Assembly (NCBI GenBank): GCA_014729085.1
Contig: WJKM01000011.1
Coordinates: 234,852-298,851 of the forward strand
From: Candidatus Dojkabacteria bacterium
GTDB lineage: Bacteria > Patescibacteriota > Dojkabacteria > B142 > WJKM01
Direction of reading: 5' to 3'
DNA: 64,000 bases
The position numbers and the translations under genes were made by a program. The notes under the pieces are model-generated. The model saw only the letters and a program-made list of their open reading frames with translations, did not search any database and was not told the origin of the DNA. Of this stretch, positions 8,421 through 18,383 are shown piece by piece; the stretch's first letter is position 1; each line of letters begins with the position of its first letter.

Positions 8421-9824
8421 GTGAGAAAAATTTTTTTAACATTTTTGATCAGTCTGCTCTTTTTTGGCCTGTTGAACTATATGCTTAATAGCCTATCAGT
8501 TATTGATCAACGAGGTATTAATCAAATTCAGAATACATTTGAAGTATCAACTCAGGAAGAGTTTGATGTTCTATTTGAGGATTTAAAAGAAGTAGGACTA
8601 GTTTATAACTATATTAATAAAAAGCATTTTTTTTCCTTAGTGTTTATATTATTTCTTTTTTTGTTATTTACATTTCTTACGGTTCATTTGTTTATTGACA
8701 AACTTTTTTTTAGGAAATTTTATGAACAACCAGATATGTTTAAAGGGGTAAGAAGAGGATTGTTGTTTTCTTCATTTTGCATTTCTGTTATTTTCATTAA
8801 ACTTTTTGCTTTTTTAAATATATTTACTTTTATTTTAACTCTTTTTATTTTTAGCATTATTGAGTACCTCTTTTTACAGTTTTATAATTCTGGAAAAATC
8901 ATAAAAGAAGGTAAAAATAAGAAAGTGCAGGGAAAGGTTATAAGTGCGGGAGGTATTGTAGCTAGGAGATTAAGTGGGAAAAGACAAATTCTTTTTATTA
9001 ATCATGAACATGCGAAGGGACTTTCTTTTCCAAAAGGACATGTTCAAAATGCAGAGAGTATAGAGGAAACTGCCCTTCGCGAGATCAGAGAAGAAACGGG
9101 ATTGCAGAAACTATCAATCTCTAGCAAATTAGGTGTAGTGAGCCGAAAATCATTGGACAAATCAGAAGGATGTCCACAAAAAGATATTCACATATATTTG
9201 GTTAAGTCGGCTGATTGTAATCATAAAGAGGCAGACAGTGAATATCTATGGGTGGAGCCCAAGAAAGCTTTAAAAAACATGGCTTTTAAAGAGGAGCAAG
9301 AGTTCCTGAAGTCAGTTATAAATAAAATAGAATTTCAAGAAGATCTTAGCAGAGAATCCTTGGACAAATATTCCCGAAAGGTTAAAGATAATCTTGAAGA
9401 ATTAAACATGGATGTAAATATCAGAAATTTTTCTAAAACCACACGTACAGCGGTGGAAGCTGCAGAGGCAATAGAGTGTGAGGTTGGACAAATTGCAAAG
9501 TCGCTGGTTTTTCAAAATCAGAAAAATAATGAAGCTGTACTAATTATAGCGAGTGGAAAAAACAGAGTAAACGTTGAAAAATTAAATCAAAAGATGTCTT
9601 TAAATATAAAAATTGCAGATGCTGACTTTGTGAGAAGTAAAACGGGTTTTTCAATAGGAGGGGTACCGCCTGTTGGACATACGGAAAAAATTAAGACTTT
9701 TATAGATAAAGACCTGCTAGAATTCGAGGAAATATGGGCAGCAGCTGGTAGTTCTAATACTGTTTTTAAGATTAAATCAGATGAACTTGTAAAAATTACC
9801 AAAGGAGAAGTTATAGAAATTTAA
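8421..9824 (+). CDS. Membrane-anchored fusion protein: N-terminal TM region, NUDIX hydrolase domain, YbaK/ProX-type aminoacyl-tRNA deacylase domain
   Basis: About 4 TM helices in the first 160 aa. Nudix box GHVQNAESIEETALREIREETGL (GX5EX7REUXEEXGU). The C-terminal 150 aa resemble the YbaK/ProX editing domain (AKSLVFQN...AVLIIASGKNRVNVEKL...GFSIGGVPPVGH). Confidence 0.55.
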   Translation: MRKIFLTFLISLLFFGLLNYMLNSLSVIDQRGINQIQNTFEVSTQEEFDVLFEDLKEVGLVYNYINKKHFFSLVFILFLFLLFTFLTVHLFIDKLFFRKFYEQPDMFKGVRRGLLFSSFCISVIFIKLFAFLNIFTFILTLFIFSIIEYLFLQFYNSGKIIKEGKNKKVQGKVISAGGIVARRLSGKRQILFINHEHAKGLSFPKGHVQNAESIEETALREIREETGLQKLSISSKLGVVSRKSLDKSEGCPQKDIHIYLVKSADCNHKEADSEYLWVEPKKALKNMAFKEEQEFLKSVINKIEFQEDLSRESLDKYSRKVKDNLEELNMDVNIRNFSKTTRTAVEAAEAIECEVGQIAKSLVFQNQKNNEAVLIIASGKNRVNVEKLNQKMSLNIKIADADFVRSKTGFSIGGVPPVGHTEKIKTFIDKDLLEFEEIWAAAGSSNTVFKIKSDELVKITKGEVIEI

Positions 9825-9867
9825 TGATTGTAGAATATTTACTATTTATAAGTTAATTTACAAAAAA

Positions 9868-10770
9868 ATGTTTAATGATTTAATTTCAAAAAATCAACTT
9901 TTTGATTCGCATTGTCACCTGCATTTTAATAACTATGATAAAGACAGAGATGAAGTATTAAACGAATCTGTTAGGAGTGAGATAGGTACAGTTATCGATG
10001 TAGGTGTAAATTTTGAAGAGAGCAAAAAAGCTTTAAAGCATGCGAGAAAATATAAGGAGGTTTTTGCAACTGTCGGAGTTCATCCCGAGACTTGTATAAA
10101 AGGAAGTGATTTATATATTAATAACTTCGAGAGAATAGTTAATGAATTTGAGGCGTGCAAGCAACTACTAGTTGAATGCAAGGGTACGTCTTCTGAGGAA
10201 AATAGGATTATTATGATCGGGGAGACAGGACTGGATTTTCACTGGACTAAAAAAGGGGATTTAAGTCCTGAAGAGGAGAACGAAAGTAAGCAAAATCAAA
10301 TAGAATTATTTAGAAAACATGTGTCATTTTCGATGGACTATGGTTTGCCCCTTACTATTCATTCAAGGAATGCAATTTTAGATTGTATTGAAGTTCTGAG
10401 ATCTACTTTTAATATTGCTTCCTATAAGGGAAGCAAAAAAGGGGTTTTTCATTCTTTAACACCTGAATCAGGTGATACTGAAGAAGATTTTTACAATAAG
10501 GTTAATCAAGTATTAGAAGTTGATTTTATGATTGGCCTTAACGGTATTATTACTTTTAAAAATGCAGAATTATTAAGATCGGTTTTTATTAAAGTATTGA
10601 AAGAAAGGATAAAGAAAAGTTCTCAGATCGGGCCCTTGGATTTTTATAATGCTGGTTTTGTTTTTGAAACTGATGGACCTTGGCTTTCACCGCAAGGAAA
10701 AAGGGGAGAACGTAATGAACCTGCTAATATCAAAATCATTTACGATTTTGTTAAAAATATAATTTCTTAG
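9868..10770 (+). CDS. TatD-family metal-dependent hydrolase/DNase
   Basis: LFDSHCHL near the N-terminus, GVHP, GETGLDFHW and LPLTIHSRNA motifs. The protein is longer than typical TatD proteins because of an insertion. Confidence 0.7.
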   Translation: MFNDLISKNQLFDSHCHLHFNNYDKDRDEVLNESVRSEIGTVIDVGVNFEESKKALKHARKYKEVFATVGVHPETCIKGSDLYINNFERIVNEFEACKQLLVECKGTSSEENRIIMIGETGLDFHWTKKGDLSPEEENESKQNQIELFRKHVSFSMDYGLPLTIHSRNAILDCIEVLRSTFNIASYKGSKKGVFHSLTPESGDTEEDFYNKVNQVLEVDFMIGLNGIITFKNAELLRSVFIKVLKERIKKSSQIGPLDFYNAGFVFETDGPWLSPQGKRGERNEPANIKIIYDFVKNIIS

Positions 10771-11795
10771 GATTGAAGGTAATAACCGACACCCCTGACG
10801 GAAAGAATACAAGAAGAGGGAAGCCCAAGTTTTTCAAGTTTTTTTCTGAGTCTGCTTAAATGCCTATTAATTGCAGAGAGAGAAAATTTTTGTGTTGATT
10901 TATTACCCCACATAATATCTGCAAGCTCATCATAAGTTAGTACACGGTTTTCTTTGTCTAGAAAATGTTTAAGAATTTTCCGATCTCTTTCAAAAAAATC
11001 TTTGGTGAGAGGTTTATTAGAGATTTCAATCTTGTTCTTTTCATTGAGGGATATAGTTCTTTTATTTTCTAATTTATTTTTTCTCAAAAAAACAGATGAA
11101 TTTTGAGCTAATTTCTTATTAATTATTTTTTTTGATAAAGTTTTTATGGTTTGGGGGATTTTACCTTTATAATCTACAGATCTTAAGAAGCTTTTAGTCA
11201 TGTGATCTATGATGACCTCTTTTTGTTCCCAGGAATAGTTTTCTAAAAGCTCTGAGTGAAATAGAACGGAAAATATCCCCTCTATAAGTACAGTTTCCTG
11301 CATATCTGTTCTCACAAAGATTTTTCCATGTATTTCCTTTTTTCCTTGATGAATTGGAGAACAGAAGGAGCAGTAAGAAGAAAAATTTTTTACATACACA
11401 TCTATATTTATGTCTTTGCTTTCGAGTTTTGGATAAAGTGTGTAGATGTATCTGGTAAATTTAGATTTAATTTTTCTCCAAAAATCTTTCATGTCTGAGG
11501 TTAGTTTTTTATTAACTTTTGATTCATCGAGCTCGGTATTTAGAAATTCTTCGATTTTCTCACATCCTTTTAAATTCTGCTCATCAAAATTTTTGACCTC
11601 CATCCATATATTCTTATAATTCGAATAGTGAATATCGGGATATACAAAGGTTTTAGGGTCTTTCCGGTAATAATCTGTACAGGGGATAAATCCAAACTTA
11701 ATATGGTTTCCCTGAGCGAGGAATTTTAAACTTGCAATAAGGGCTTTTATTTGTGTTTGGTTTGAATCTTTGAAATTTAAGAGAAATTTTCCCAT
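10767..11795 (-). CDS. Putative transcriptional regulator with a C-terminal OmpR/PhoB-type winged-helix DNA-binding domain and an unknown N-terminal domain
   Basis: The C-terminal ~90 aa (LTYDELADIMWGNKSTQKFSLSAINRHLSRLRKKLEKLGLPSSCILSVRGVGYYL) fit the trans_reg_C pattern. No receiver domain is present. Confidence 0.5.
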   Translation of the reverse strand: MGKFLLNFKDSNQTQIKALIASLKFLAQGNHIKFGFIPCTDYYRKDPKTFVYPDIHYSNYKNIWMEVKNFDEQNLKGCEKIEEFLNTELDESKVNKKLTSDMKDFWRKIKSKFTRYIYTLYPKLESKDINIDVYVKNFSSYCSFCSPIHQGKKEIHGKIFVRTDMQETVLIEGIFSVLFHSELLENYSWEQKEVIIDHMTKSFLRSVDYKGKIPQTIKTLSKKIINKKLAQNSSVFLRKNKLENKRTISLNEKNKIEISNKPLTKDFFERDRKILKHFLDKENRVLTYDELADIMWGNKSTQKFSLSAINRHLSRLRKKLEKLGLPSSCILSVRGVGYYLQS

Positions 11796-11942
11796 GTCTA
11801 TTTTATGTCCAGTATATTTGATAGTTCTATTATATCATTATAGGGTATTTTAAAAAAGATATACATTCTTATGAAAATAGGGTTTTTAATATAATTCTAA
11901 ATACAAATCTGTGCCCAAGATTTTATATATTATCTTTTTCAA

Positions 11943-12590
11943 ATGGAAGAAGTTCGACCAGAAAAACCCCAATTATGGTTTGGTGCTGGATCTATGATTC
12001 CCCCAGAATGCCAACAGTCTACATTTGACTCGATACGAAGAAGATGGCAAGATTTAGCAAAAGTTGTAAGCAAGGGTGGCGTAGTATTACCATTTACTGG
12101 GACTGGAAGTAGGTACTGGAATCCACATGTAGACCTAGGTTCTATGCTTCATCTTAATCCTGCCAGAACATTTTCTGAAGCAGCACTGATGGAGAAAGGT
12201 GCTCTCCCTTGCGACCGTGACTTGCCTTTGAGACAAGCTCGTGCTCTACTTAGGGAGGGAGGAATTAGAGCAGATGAACGTGTGGAACTATATGAAAGGA
12301 CACAAGCAGATTTATTCTCAGGAAGAACACCTGAATGGGTAGAGGATCCTTTTGGATATGAACATAAGCTTGTGGCAGCTATATGCAGGCCAGAATTAGC
12401 TTCTGGCTTAGGAGATCCAGGTTTACAAAGAATAGTTGAGGCCGGGGGAGATTCGGTTCATAATAGAGTTGCAATGTATATCCGGGAACGAGATCGTGAC
12501 CTCTATGACACTTCATTACTAGCCCTAACTGATCCTAGCACACCACATTTAGATTCTGGAATTGGCTTTGGACAGATACGAAATCTTTAA
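11943..12590 (+). CDS. Hypothetical protein (compositionally GC-richer ORF)
   Basis: 215-aa ORF with clear coding character and no recognisable motifs. GC looks distinctly higher than the flanking DNA. Confidence 0.4.
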   Translation: MEEVRPEKPQLWFGAGSMIPPECQQSTFDSIRRRWQDLAKVVSKGGVVLPFTGTGSRYWNPHVDLGSMLHLNPARTFSEAALMEKGALPCDRDLPLRQARALLREGGIRADERVELYERTQADLFSGRTPEWVEDPFGYEHKLVAAICRPELASGLGDPGLQRIVEAGGDSVHNRVAMYIRERDRDLYDTSLLALTDPSTPHLDSGIGFGQIRNL

Positions 12591-12873
12591 AGAGGAATTG
12601 TATCTTATTGCTGTTTATATTTTAAGAGTAATTTAACAGATTATTTCAAATAGTAACGAAAGTATTCTTTGACCCCGCCATGGGGGCAGCCCAGTTTTTC
12701 ACTTGGACGAAAACTTAATGTCTTCCTATCTACTGCTGCGAAGAAGAGTGCCCTTAATGAACAGTAAATATTCCAATCAAGACTGCTAGGCATTTGAGCC
12801 TATAATCCCAGTTCTTGATAGCAGTATACATGAAATATTTGTATAACTAGACTAATTATTTCCGAGAAAAGTT

Positions 12874-13707
12874 CTAGTACATAGATTTAGGGCCAACGGC
12901 AATATGTGCCTGTAAAGGGACATCTATCGTGTGTCTAATATCGAAACCAGTTTCCAGCATTTCTTGAGTGGAAAGGTGCTGAATTGTATATTGATCAGGA
13001 TTTAAAACTGCTGTTTCAATCCATTCGGGATTAAAAGAACAATTAGCTAACAAATCGTAACCGATTAAGGCAAGTCTGTTGAGCGGTGCTTTATATACTT
13101 CCCTGTCGACAAGTTCTTCATACACTATAGCCTGAGCTCCTCGGGTGGTATCCAGAATTTCTTGAGGATTAAGAGGGATATGGTGGGCAGACAGATTAAA
13201 CATGACCAAAGTGGGATTTGCTGTAAGAAAAGTCACGGGTAAGTTTTGATTGGCAAAATTAACGTAATTTTCGATATTCTCGGGGGTTTCTAGGTAAAAA
13301 TTATCTTCATTATTAAAGAAAGACTCTTCTTTTAATTCCATAAAATTATCAATCCCAATCCAGTGTGTCATTATTCCAAATACACTAAGGTCGCGGTCCA
13401 TATCAGGTTCAATTGAACCTTGCCCGCAACCAACTGAAATAATGTTGATTATATCCGTCTCATATTCATTGCAGAGATCGAGAAATAGTTTTCTGTAGTT
13501 TTCGAATCCCTGTACTTTATTGTACTCCGACAATATTTTATTCTTTACATCCTCTTGGAAAATTGCTATTTGGTCTGATAAAACGTCTATTGTTCGAATA
13601 AGGGTATTGGAAATCACCTGATTTCCCTCGCGTAAATCTAGCAGATTAACTCTATCCAAAAGGGAGTCGATATTGGTTTGGGGATGCAGCAGGATATCTA
13701 GAAGCAA
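12874..13707 (-). CDS. Hypothetical protein, possibly a SAM-dependent methyltransferase-like fold
   Basis: 277 aa. IISVGCGQGSIE resembles the glycine-rich motif I of class I methyltransferases. Otherwise unrecognised. Confidence 0.35.
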   Translation of the reverse strand: MLLDILLHPQTNIDSLLDRVNLLDLREGNQVISNTLIRTIDVLSDQIAIFQEDVKNKILSEYNKVQGFENYRKLFLDLCNEYETDIINIISVGCGQGSIEPDMDRDLSVFGIMTHWIGIDNFMELKEESFFNNEDNFYLETPENIENYVNFANQNLPVTFLTANPTLVMFNLSAHHIPLNPQEILDTTRGAQAIVYEELVDREVYKAPLNRLALIGYDLLANCSFNPEWIETAVLNPDQYTIQHLSTQEMLETGFDIRHTIDVPLQAHIAVGPKSMY

Positions 13708-13985
13708 TCTATGTCTCTAATCATTCCTTTCCATACCAAAGAGACCGTCAATCACATCGCAGAGCGATTCTTGATTGATATGAAGAGTCTCCAAGGAAAT
13801 ATGAATTGATATGAAATACTTTCAGGTAGAGTATATATGTTTTGTGAAACTTTGGGAATTTATATAGGGGTAAAATACCTTGATCTAATATATATTTTGT
13901 AATTTCCCACTTAGTTAAGAGTTGGAGAAATAAGGAGGAACATTTTCCCATCCCAACATTCTTTTTATACTCATTGTTATGGAAT

Positions 13986-14342
13986 TTAAAGTGGATCTTC
14001 AATATTAATGACTTTTGAATTGTAGGGAATTAAAGGTATATCTCCTATCAAAGGGCAACTTTGAATGACATCTCTTGCATGGGGACCGTTGACACATAGC
14101 TTCGAAGCAGGCATTTCGCATCCATGGCATACAGGATTGTATTTTTCCCAATCTGCCGAATCTGGGGAGACCTTCAGTGTATCATCGTTAGTGTAAAAAG
14201 GTATGTTAGCTGGACGTTGCCCCCCAGAACAGTCCACCAGCCTTGTATATATCCTATAAGTTTTTTCGTTATGACCTCTTGCTAAACCTTTTATTGGATT
14301 ATCTGTCCGAGTACAAAATGTAAGTGGCTTAAGATCTTCCAT
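13986..14342 (-). CDS. Hypothetical Cys-containing protein
   Basis: 118 aa with a CHGCEMPASKLC cluster and further Cys residues. No recognisable family. Confidence 0.35.
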   Translation of the reverse strand: MEDLKPLTFCTRTDNPIKGLARGHNEKTYRIYTRLVDCSGGQRPANIPFYTNDDTLKVSPDSADWEKYNPVCHGCEMPASKLCVNGPHARDVIQSCPLIGDIPLIPYNSKVINIEDPL

Positions 14343-14504
14343 TTTTCGAATTGAATTAAAATTAAAATTGAAAATAACAATGACCTAAAAAATCTATAAT
14401 AGGTTGATTATACTACAGTGTTTACAAAAAGTATTAAATTTCAAATTCAACATGTTAAGATGTTGAATTTCTACAAGCTTTAATAGTTAAGTATGGTCTT
14501 GAAA

Positions 14505-17252
14505 CTAATTAGGCCACTTTGCATACATTAAAGTCTCAGACTCTTCCTCTTTTTTTGGAAATTCCTGCCAGATTTTTTCTGTTATAAACGGAATAAATGG
14601 ATGTAAAAGTCTCAAATATTTATCAAGGCAATACCAAAGAGTCCAAAGAGCAGCTTTTCTTGAATCCTGAGCTTCATCACTAGTATTTATTGGATTTCCT
14701 TTTCTGTCTTTTGTATAGATTCTAGGTTTTATTGTTTCAAGATAGACATCTGCAAATTCATGCCAGATTGATTCATATAGTTCCTGGGCAACTACACCAA
14801 AATTAAAGTTATCCATGTTTCTGGTAGAATTCTCGATTAATTTATCTATATGCTTTATCATCTTCTTATCGTCCTTTTCCATATTATTTCCTATTTCATC
14901 AGGATCGAAATTTTGGACTTGTTCATCTCCAATATTCATTAGTGTGAATTTTGAGATATTCCAAATTTTATTGCAGTAGTTTCTAAAACTCTCAATTTTT
15001 TCTTCATATAGTCTATAATTCTGGCCCACTTTATTACCAATTACAAAACTTAGACGGAGTGCATCTGTACCAAATTCATGCATCATTTTAAATGGGTCTA
15101 TCCCATTGCCTTTTGATTTACTCATTTTCACACCTTCTCGATCTAAAACCAGTCCATGGAGATAGACATTTTGAAAAGGTGTTATTTCTTTATCGGTTAG
15201 ATCAAGGTTTTTATCATCTCTGAGTAGGTAGCTTTTTGCTTTATAAGGGCAGAGAAGCATCATTCTAGTTACCCAAAAAATCAAGATATCCCAGCCGGTT
15301 TCCATAATCTGAGTTGGGTAGAATTTTTCAAAATCACCGTCTTTAGCGAGTAATGTAACGACAGGCCACTGACCTGATGAAAACCAGGTGTCGAAAACAT
15401 CTTCATCCTGCACCCATTTGTCTCCTGGATCATCAACTTGGACTTTCATATACTCCTTGTAATCTTTCATAGAATGCATTATGTCTTCACCAAATCTTTC
15501 TTTCACTTCTCCGGTTTCAGTTACAAATTCTTTAGGTTGAATTTTATACCAAACTGGAACACGGTATCCCCACCAAAGCTGTCTCGTAATGCACCAATCT
15601 TCGGGGGTATCCATCCAATTAAGGTATACATTCTCCTTGCCTTCTGGCATTATATTCGTAAAGTCATCTTTGACAAGTTGTTTAGCCTTTTCTTTTAAAG
15701 GGTCGGTATCTACAAACCACTGATGCGAAATTAAGGGTTCTATCTGGTTTTTACATCTTTCGCAGATTTGGATTCGGTTTTTATATTTTCCATTCAGGTT
15801 GACTAAAATGCCTTGTTTTTTCATATCTTCTTCGAGCTTTTGTCTTGATTCTAAAGCTTTCATACCTTCATACTTTCCGCATATATGATTCAACTTACCG
15901 TCAAACCCAATACATTGTTTTTCAGGCAGAACTTCTGGGTGTTTCATTGCGATATCCCAGTCATCGGGTGCATGAGCAGGTGTAACTTTCATAATCCCTG
16001 TCCCGAATTCAGGATCTATGATTTCATCAGCAATAATGTTGAGTTTTGCATTGCCAATAAGTGTTTGAACTTCAATTTCTTTTCCTACCCAGTCTTTGTA
16101 CCGTTCGTCTTTAGGATTGACACATAAAGCTGTATCTCCAAATTTTGTCTCCGGTCTCGTTGTTGCCAGGATAAATCCAAGATTGTAGTATTTGTCATCC
16201 GGATACTCATCAAACAGTCGAATATGAACCCCAGCAAAGTATTTACTGAATCTATGGAAATGTTTATCCAATTCCTCATCCAGTTTTACTTCTGAATTAT
16301 CTGGATTGATAACTATCAGTTTAAAATCTTTGTCCAATCTAAGCATAAGTCCAATAGTTTTTCCTTTAACCTTGTCTCCAACTTCCAGATCATCAAAACC
16401 TATTAGAATAACATCCAAATCTGAATTATCAGCAGGATTTGTCTCATTAGGAATGCTTCCATAGTAATCAAATTCCCATTTAAACTCTTCACCCTCTTTA
16501 TTTTTGTATTTCATTCCTTTATTCCTTTCGACTAGAACCTCGATTTCCTCCCCCGCATATTTATTTTTAATCTCTACTGCATAGGGATCTGGTTCTGTGA
16601 ATCCGTATTTGAAATAAAACAACTTTCCGGTTGATTCTTTGTATTCGGTATCTATATCTGCAAGTGCTGTCTGGCATCTGACACACCAGTTAATAAGCCG
16701 TTTGTCTCTGTATACAAGCCCATCATCATAAAGATCAATAAAAGTCTGGAGGACTTCTTTTACGATTTTAGGATCAAGAGTAAAAAGCTCTCTGTCGAAA
16801 TCAGCAGAAAGACCCAGATTTTTTTCCTGCTCGCGTGCAGTTTCTGAGTTCTCCATACAGAATTTGTAACATTCTTCATAGAATTTTTTTCTACCCATGT
16901 CTTTTTTAGTTTTCCCCTCTTTCTCAAGTACTTTTTCAAACACAACTTCCGTTTGGATTCCTGCATGATCTTTTCCAGGAAGAAGTAGAACTGCTTTCCC
17001 CTTCATTCTGTTGTACCTGCCCATAAGATCCTGGTAAGCATAACCGGACATATGTCCTAGGTGCAGATTACCGTTTGCATTTGGAGGAGGTAAAATGTTT
17101 GTATAGGTTTCTCTCTTATCTGCACCCTCCACATATGCAGTAGAGAGTTTTTGTTCGGAACGAAATTCTGGTTTGAAATAATCGTTTTCTAACCAGTAAT
17201 CAAGTATTTCTTTTTCAGTTTTATTAGGATCATAGGGACCTTTAGGTAGCAT
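14505..17252 (-). CDS. valS: Valine--tRNA ligase
   Basis: 915 aa. PPPNANGNLHLGHMSGY (HIGH region), DTWFSSGQWP and KMSKSKGN motifs. The N-terminal region aligns with ValRS rather than IleRS/LeuRS. Confidence 0.88.
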   Translation of the reverse strand: MLPKGPYDPNKTEKEILDYWLENDYFKPEFRSEQKLSTAYVEGADKRETYTNILPPPNANGNLHLGHMSGYAYQDLMGRYNRMKGKAVLLLPGKDHAGIQTEVVFEKVLEKEGKTKKDMGRKKFYEECYKFCMENSETAREQEKNLGLSADFDRELFTLDPKIVKEVLQTFIDLYDDGLVYRDKRLINWCVRCQTALADIDTEYKESTGKLFYFKYGFTEPDPYAVEIKNKYAGEEIEVLVERNKGMKYKNKEGEEFKWEFDYYGSIPNETNPADNSDLDVILIGFDDLEVGDKVKGKTIGLMLRLDKDFKLIVINPDNSEVKLDEELDKHFHRFSKYFAGVHIRLFDEYPDDKYYNLGFILATTRPETKFGDTALCVNPKDERYKDWVGKEIEVQTLIGNAKLNIIADEIIDPEFGTGIMKVTPAHAPDDWDIAMKHPEVLPEKQCIGFDGKLNHICGKYEGMKALESRQKLEEDMKKQGILVNLNGKYKNRIQICERCKNQIEPLISHQWFVDTDPLKEKAKQLVKDDFTNIMPEGKENVYLNWMDTPEDWCITRQLWWGYRVPVWYKIQPKEFVTETGEVKERFGEDIMHSMKDYKEYMKVQVDDPGDKWVQDEDVFDTWFSSGQWPVVTLLAKDGDFEKFYPTQIMETGWDILIFWVTRMMLLCPYKAKSYLLRDDKNLDLTDKEITPFQNVYLHGLVLDREGVKMSKSKGNGIDPFKMMHEFGTDALRLSFVIGNKVGQNYRLYEEKIESFRNYCNKIWNISKFTLMNIGDEQVQNFDPDEIGNNMEKDDKKMIKHIDKLIENSTRNMDNFNFGVVAQELYESIWHEFADVYLETIKPRIYTKDRKGNPINTSDEAQDSRKAALWTLWYCLDKYLRLLHPFIPFITEKIWQEFPKKEEESETLMYAKWPN

Positions 17253-17484
17253 AATTTTTTTAATTAAAATTTAATAAGTTTGAAAGCCTTTCTGCTTCAG
17301 GCAGGGCATACAATCAATAAAGTTGAAAAATTAATCAACTTAAGCGATTTATTATACAGCATTTACTATCTTGTTAAAGCATATTAAATCAATGGAGTAG
17401 GTATTTATTTCTATTTTATTTGATTATTGTTTAAAAAGTTGTTAATTTTGTTATACTAAATGAGAAATATTTATACAAAAACTA

Positions 17485-18315
17485 ATGCAGAACACAACAC
17501 AAGATTCTGAGCAGGAACAAAATCAATCAAATCAGACTGGTGCTAACCAATCATCTGTGCCAGCTCAACCTGGACAGCAACCCCAACCTGGCCAAACACA
17601 ACCTAATGTACAGCAAACAAACCAACCTGTTCAGCCAACACAGCCTAGCACAACAGCACCTCAACAAGTAAATCAAAATCAACAACAATCTGTACCTCAA
17701 CAAAGTCCATCTCCTGAGAGTACCCCGCAGGTTACTCCATCAACACAAGCACAGGTACCGCAACAAGCTTCCCAGCCTAATGCAATACCAGCGCAACAAG
17801 GTACTGGAGAAGAAGATGAGGCAGGCCTTGGTGCACAAACGCCTAAACCAATCGAAGTTGATTTCCCACCTAAACCGCAAACAGCCGAGGAACAACCTCA
17901 AGCTCCTGCAGCACAAGCTCAGGTAACACCAACGGCAGCTAAGGGAAAAAAGATTTTAATCGTTGAAGACGAAATACCTCTTAGAAAGGCATTAACCAGG
18001 AAACTTACGCAGGAAGGCTATCTGGTAACCGAGGCAGAGAACGGAAAAGACGGATTGAACAAAGCTTCTGCAGAAAAGCCGGATTTAATAATAACAGATA
18101 TTGTAATGCCGGATATGGATGGTCTTAACATGATTAAAAATATTCGGGAAAGCGACTGGGGCAAAGATGCTCATATCATTTTGATTACAAATCTAAATAA
18201 CTCCGACGATGTAGCTACTGCTCTTCAATACAATGTAATTGACTATCTTGTCAAAAGCGATATGAAATTAAAAGATATAATTGATAAGGTGAACGAGAAG
18301 CTTTCAATCGGTTAG
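17485..18315 (+). CDS. Single-domain response regulator (CheY-like receiver) with a ~150-aa Gln/Pro-rich N-terminal low-complexity extension
   Basis: The C-terminal 125 aa (KKILIVEDEIPLRK...PDLIITDIVMPDMDGLNMIKNIRE...ILITN) are a receiver domain with the conserved Asp. The N-terminus is QPQPGQTQPNVQQTNQP-type repeats. Confidence 0.6.
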   Translation: MQNTTQDSEQEQNQSNQTGANQSSVPAQPGQQPQPGQTQPNVQQTNQPVQPTQPSTTAPQQVNQNQQQSVPQQSPSPESTPQVTPSTQAQVPQQASQPNAIPAQQGTGEEDEAGLGAQTPKPIEVDFPPKPQTAEEQPQAPAAQAQVTPTAAKGKKILIVEDEIPLRKALTRKLTQEGYLVTEAENGKDGLNKASAEKPDLIITDIVMPDMDGLNMIKNIRESDWGKDAHIILITNLNNSDDVATALQYNVIDYLVKSDMKLKDIIDKVNEKLSIG

Positions 18316-18383
18316 TCGTATCCTCTTTCAAAGTTTTCAAATATAGTTTAGAATTAATTAACTAAAATAAAATTTGTTGATTT

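Noticed and set aside
12591-12873. 283-bp spacer with GACCCCGCCATGGGGGCAGCCC, checked as a possible ncRNA or rRNA fragment
   Set aside because: No match to any structured-RNA consensus I know; probably just a convergent-gene spacer with a weak hairpin.
14505-17252. Considered isoleucyl- or leucyl-tRNA synthetase for the 915-aa class I enzyme
   Set aside because: N-terminal PPPNANGNLHLGH, DHAGIQTE and DTWFSS motifs and the overall length fit ValRS better.
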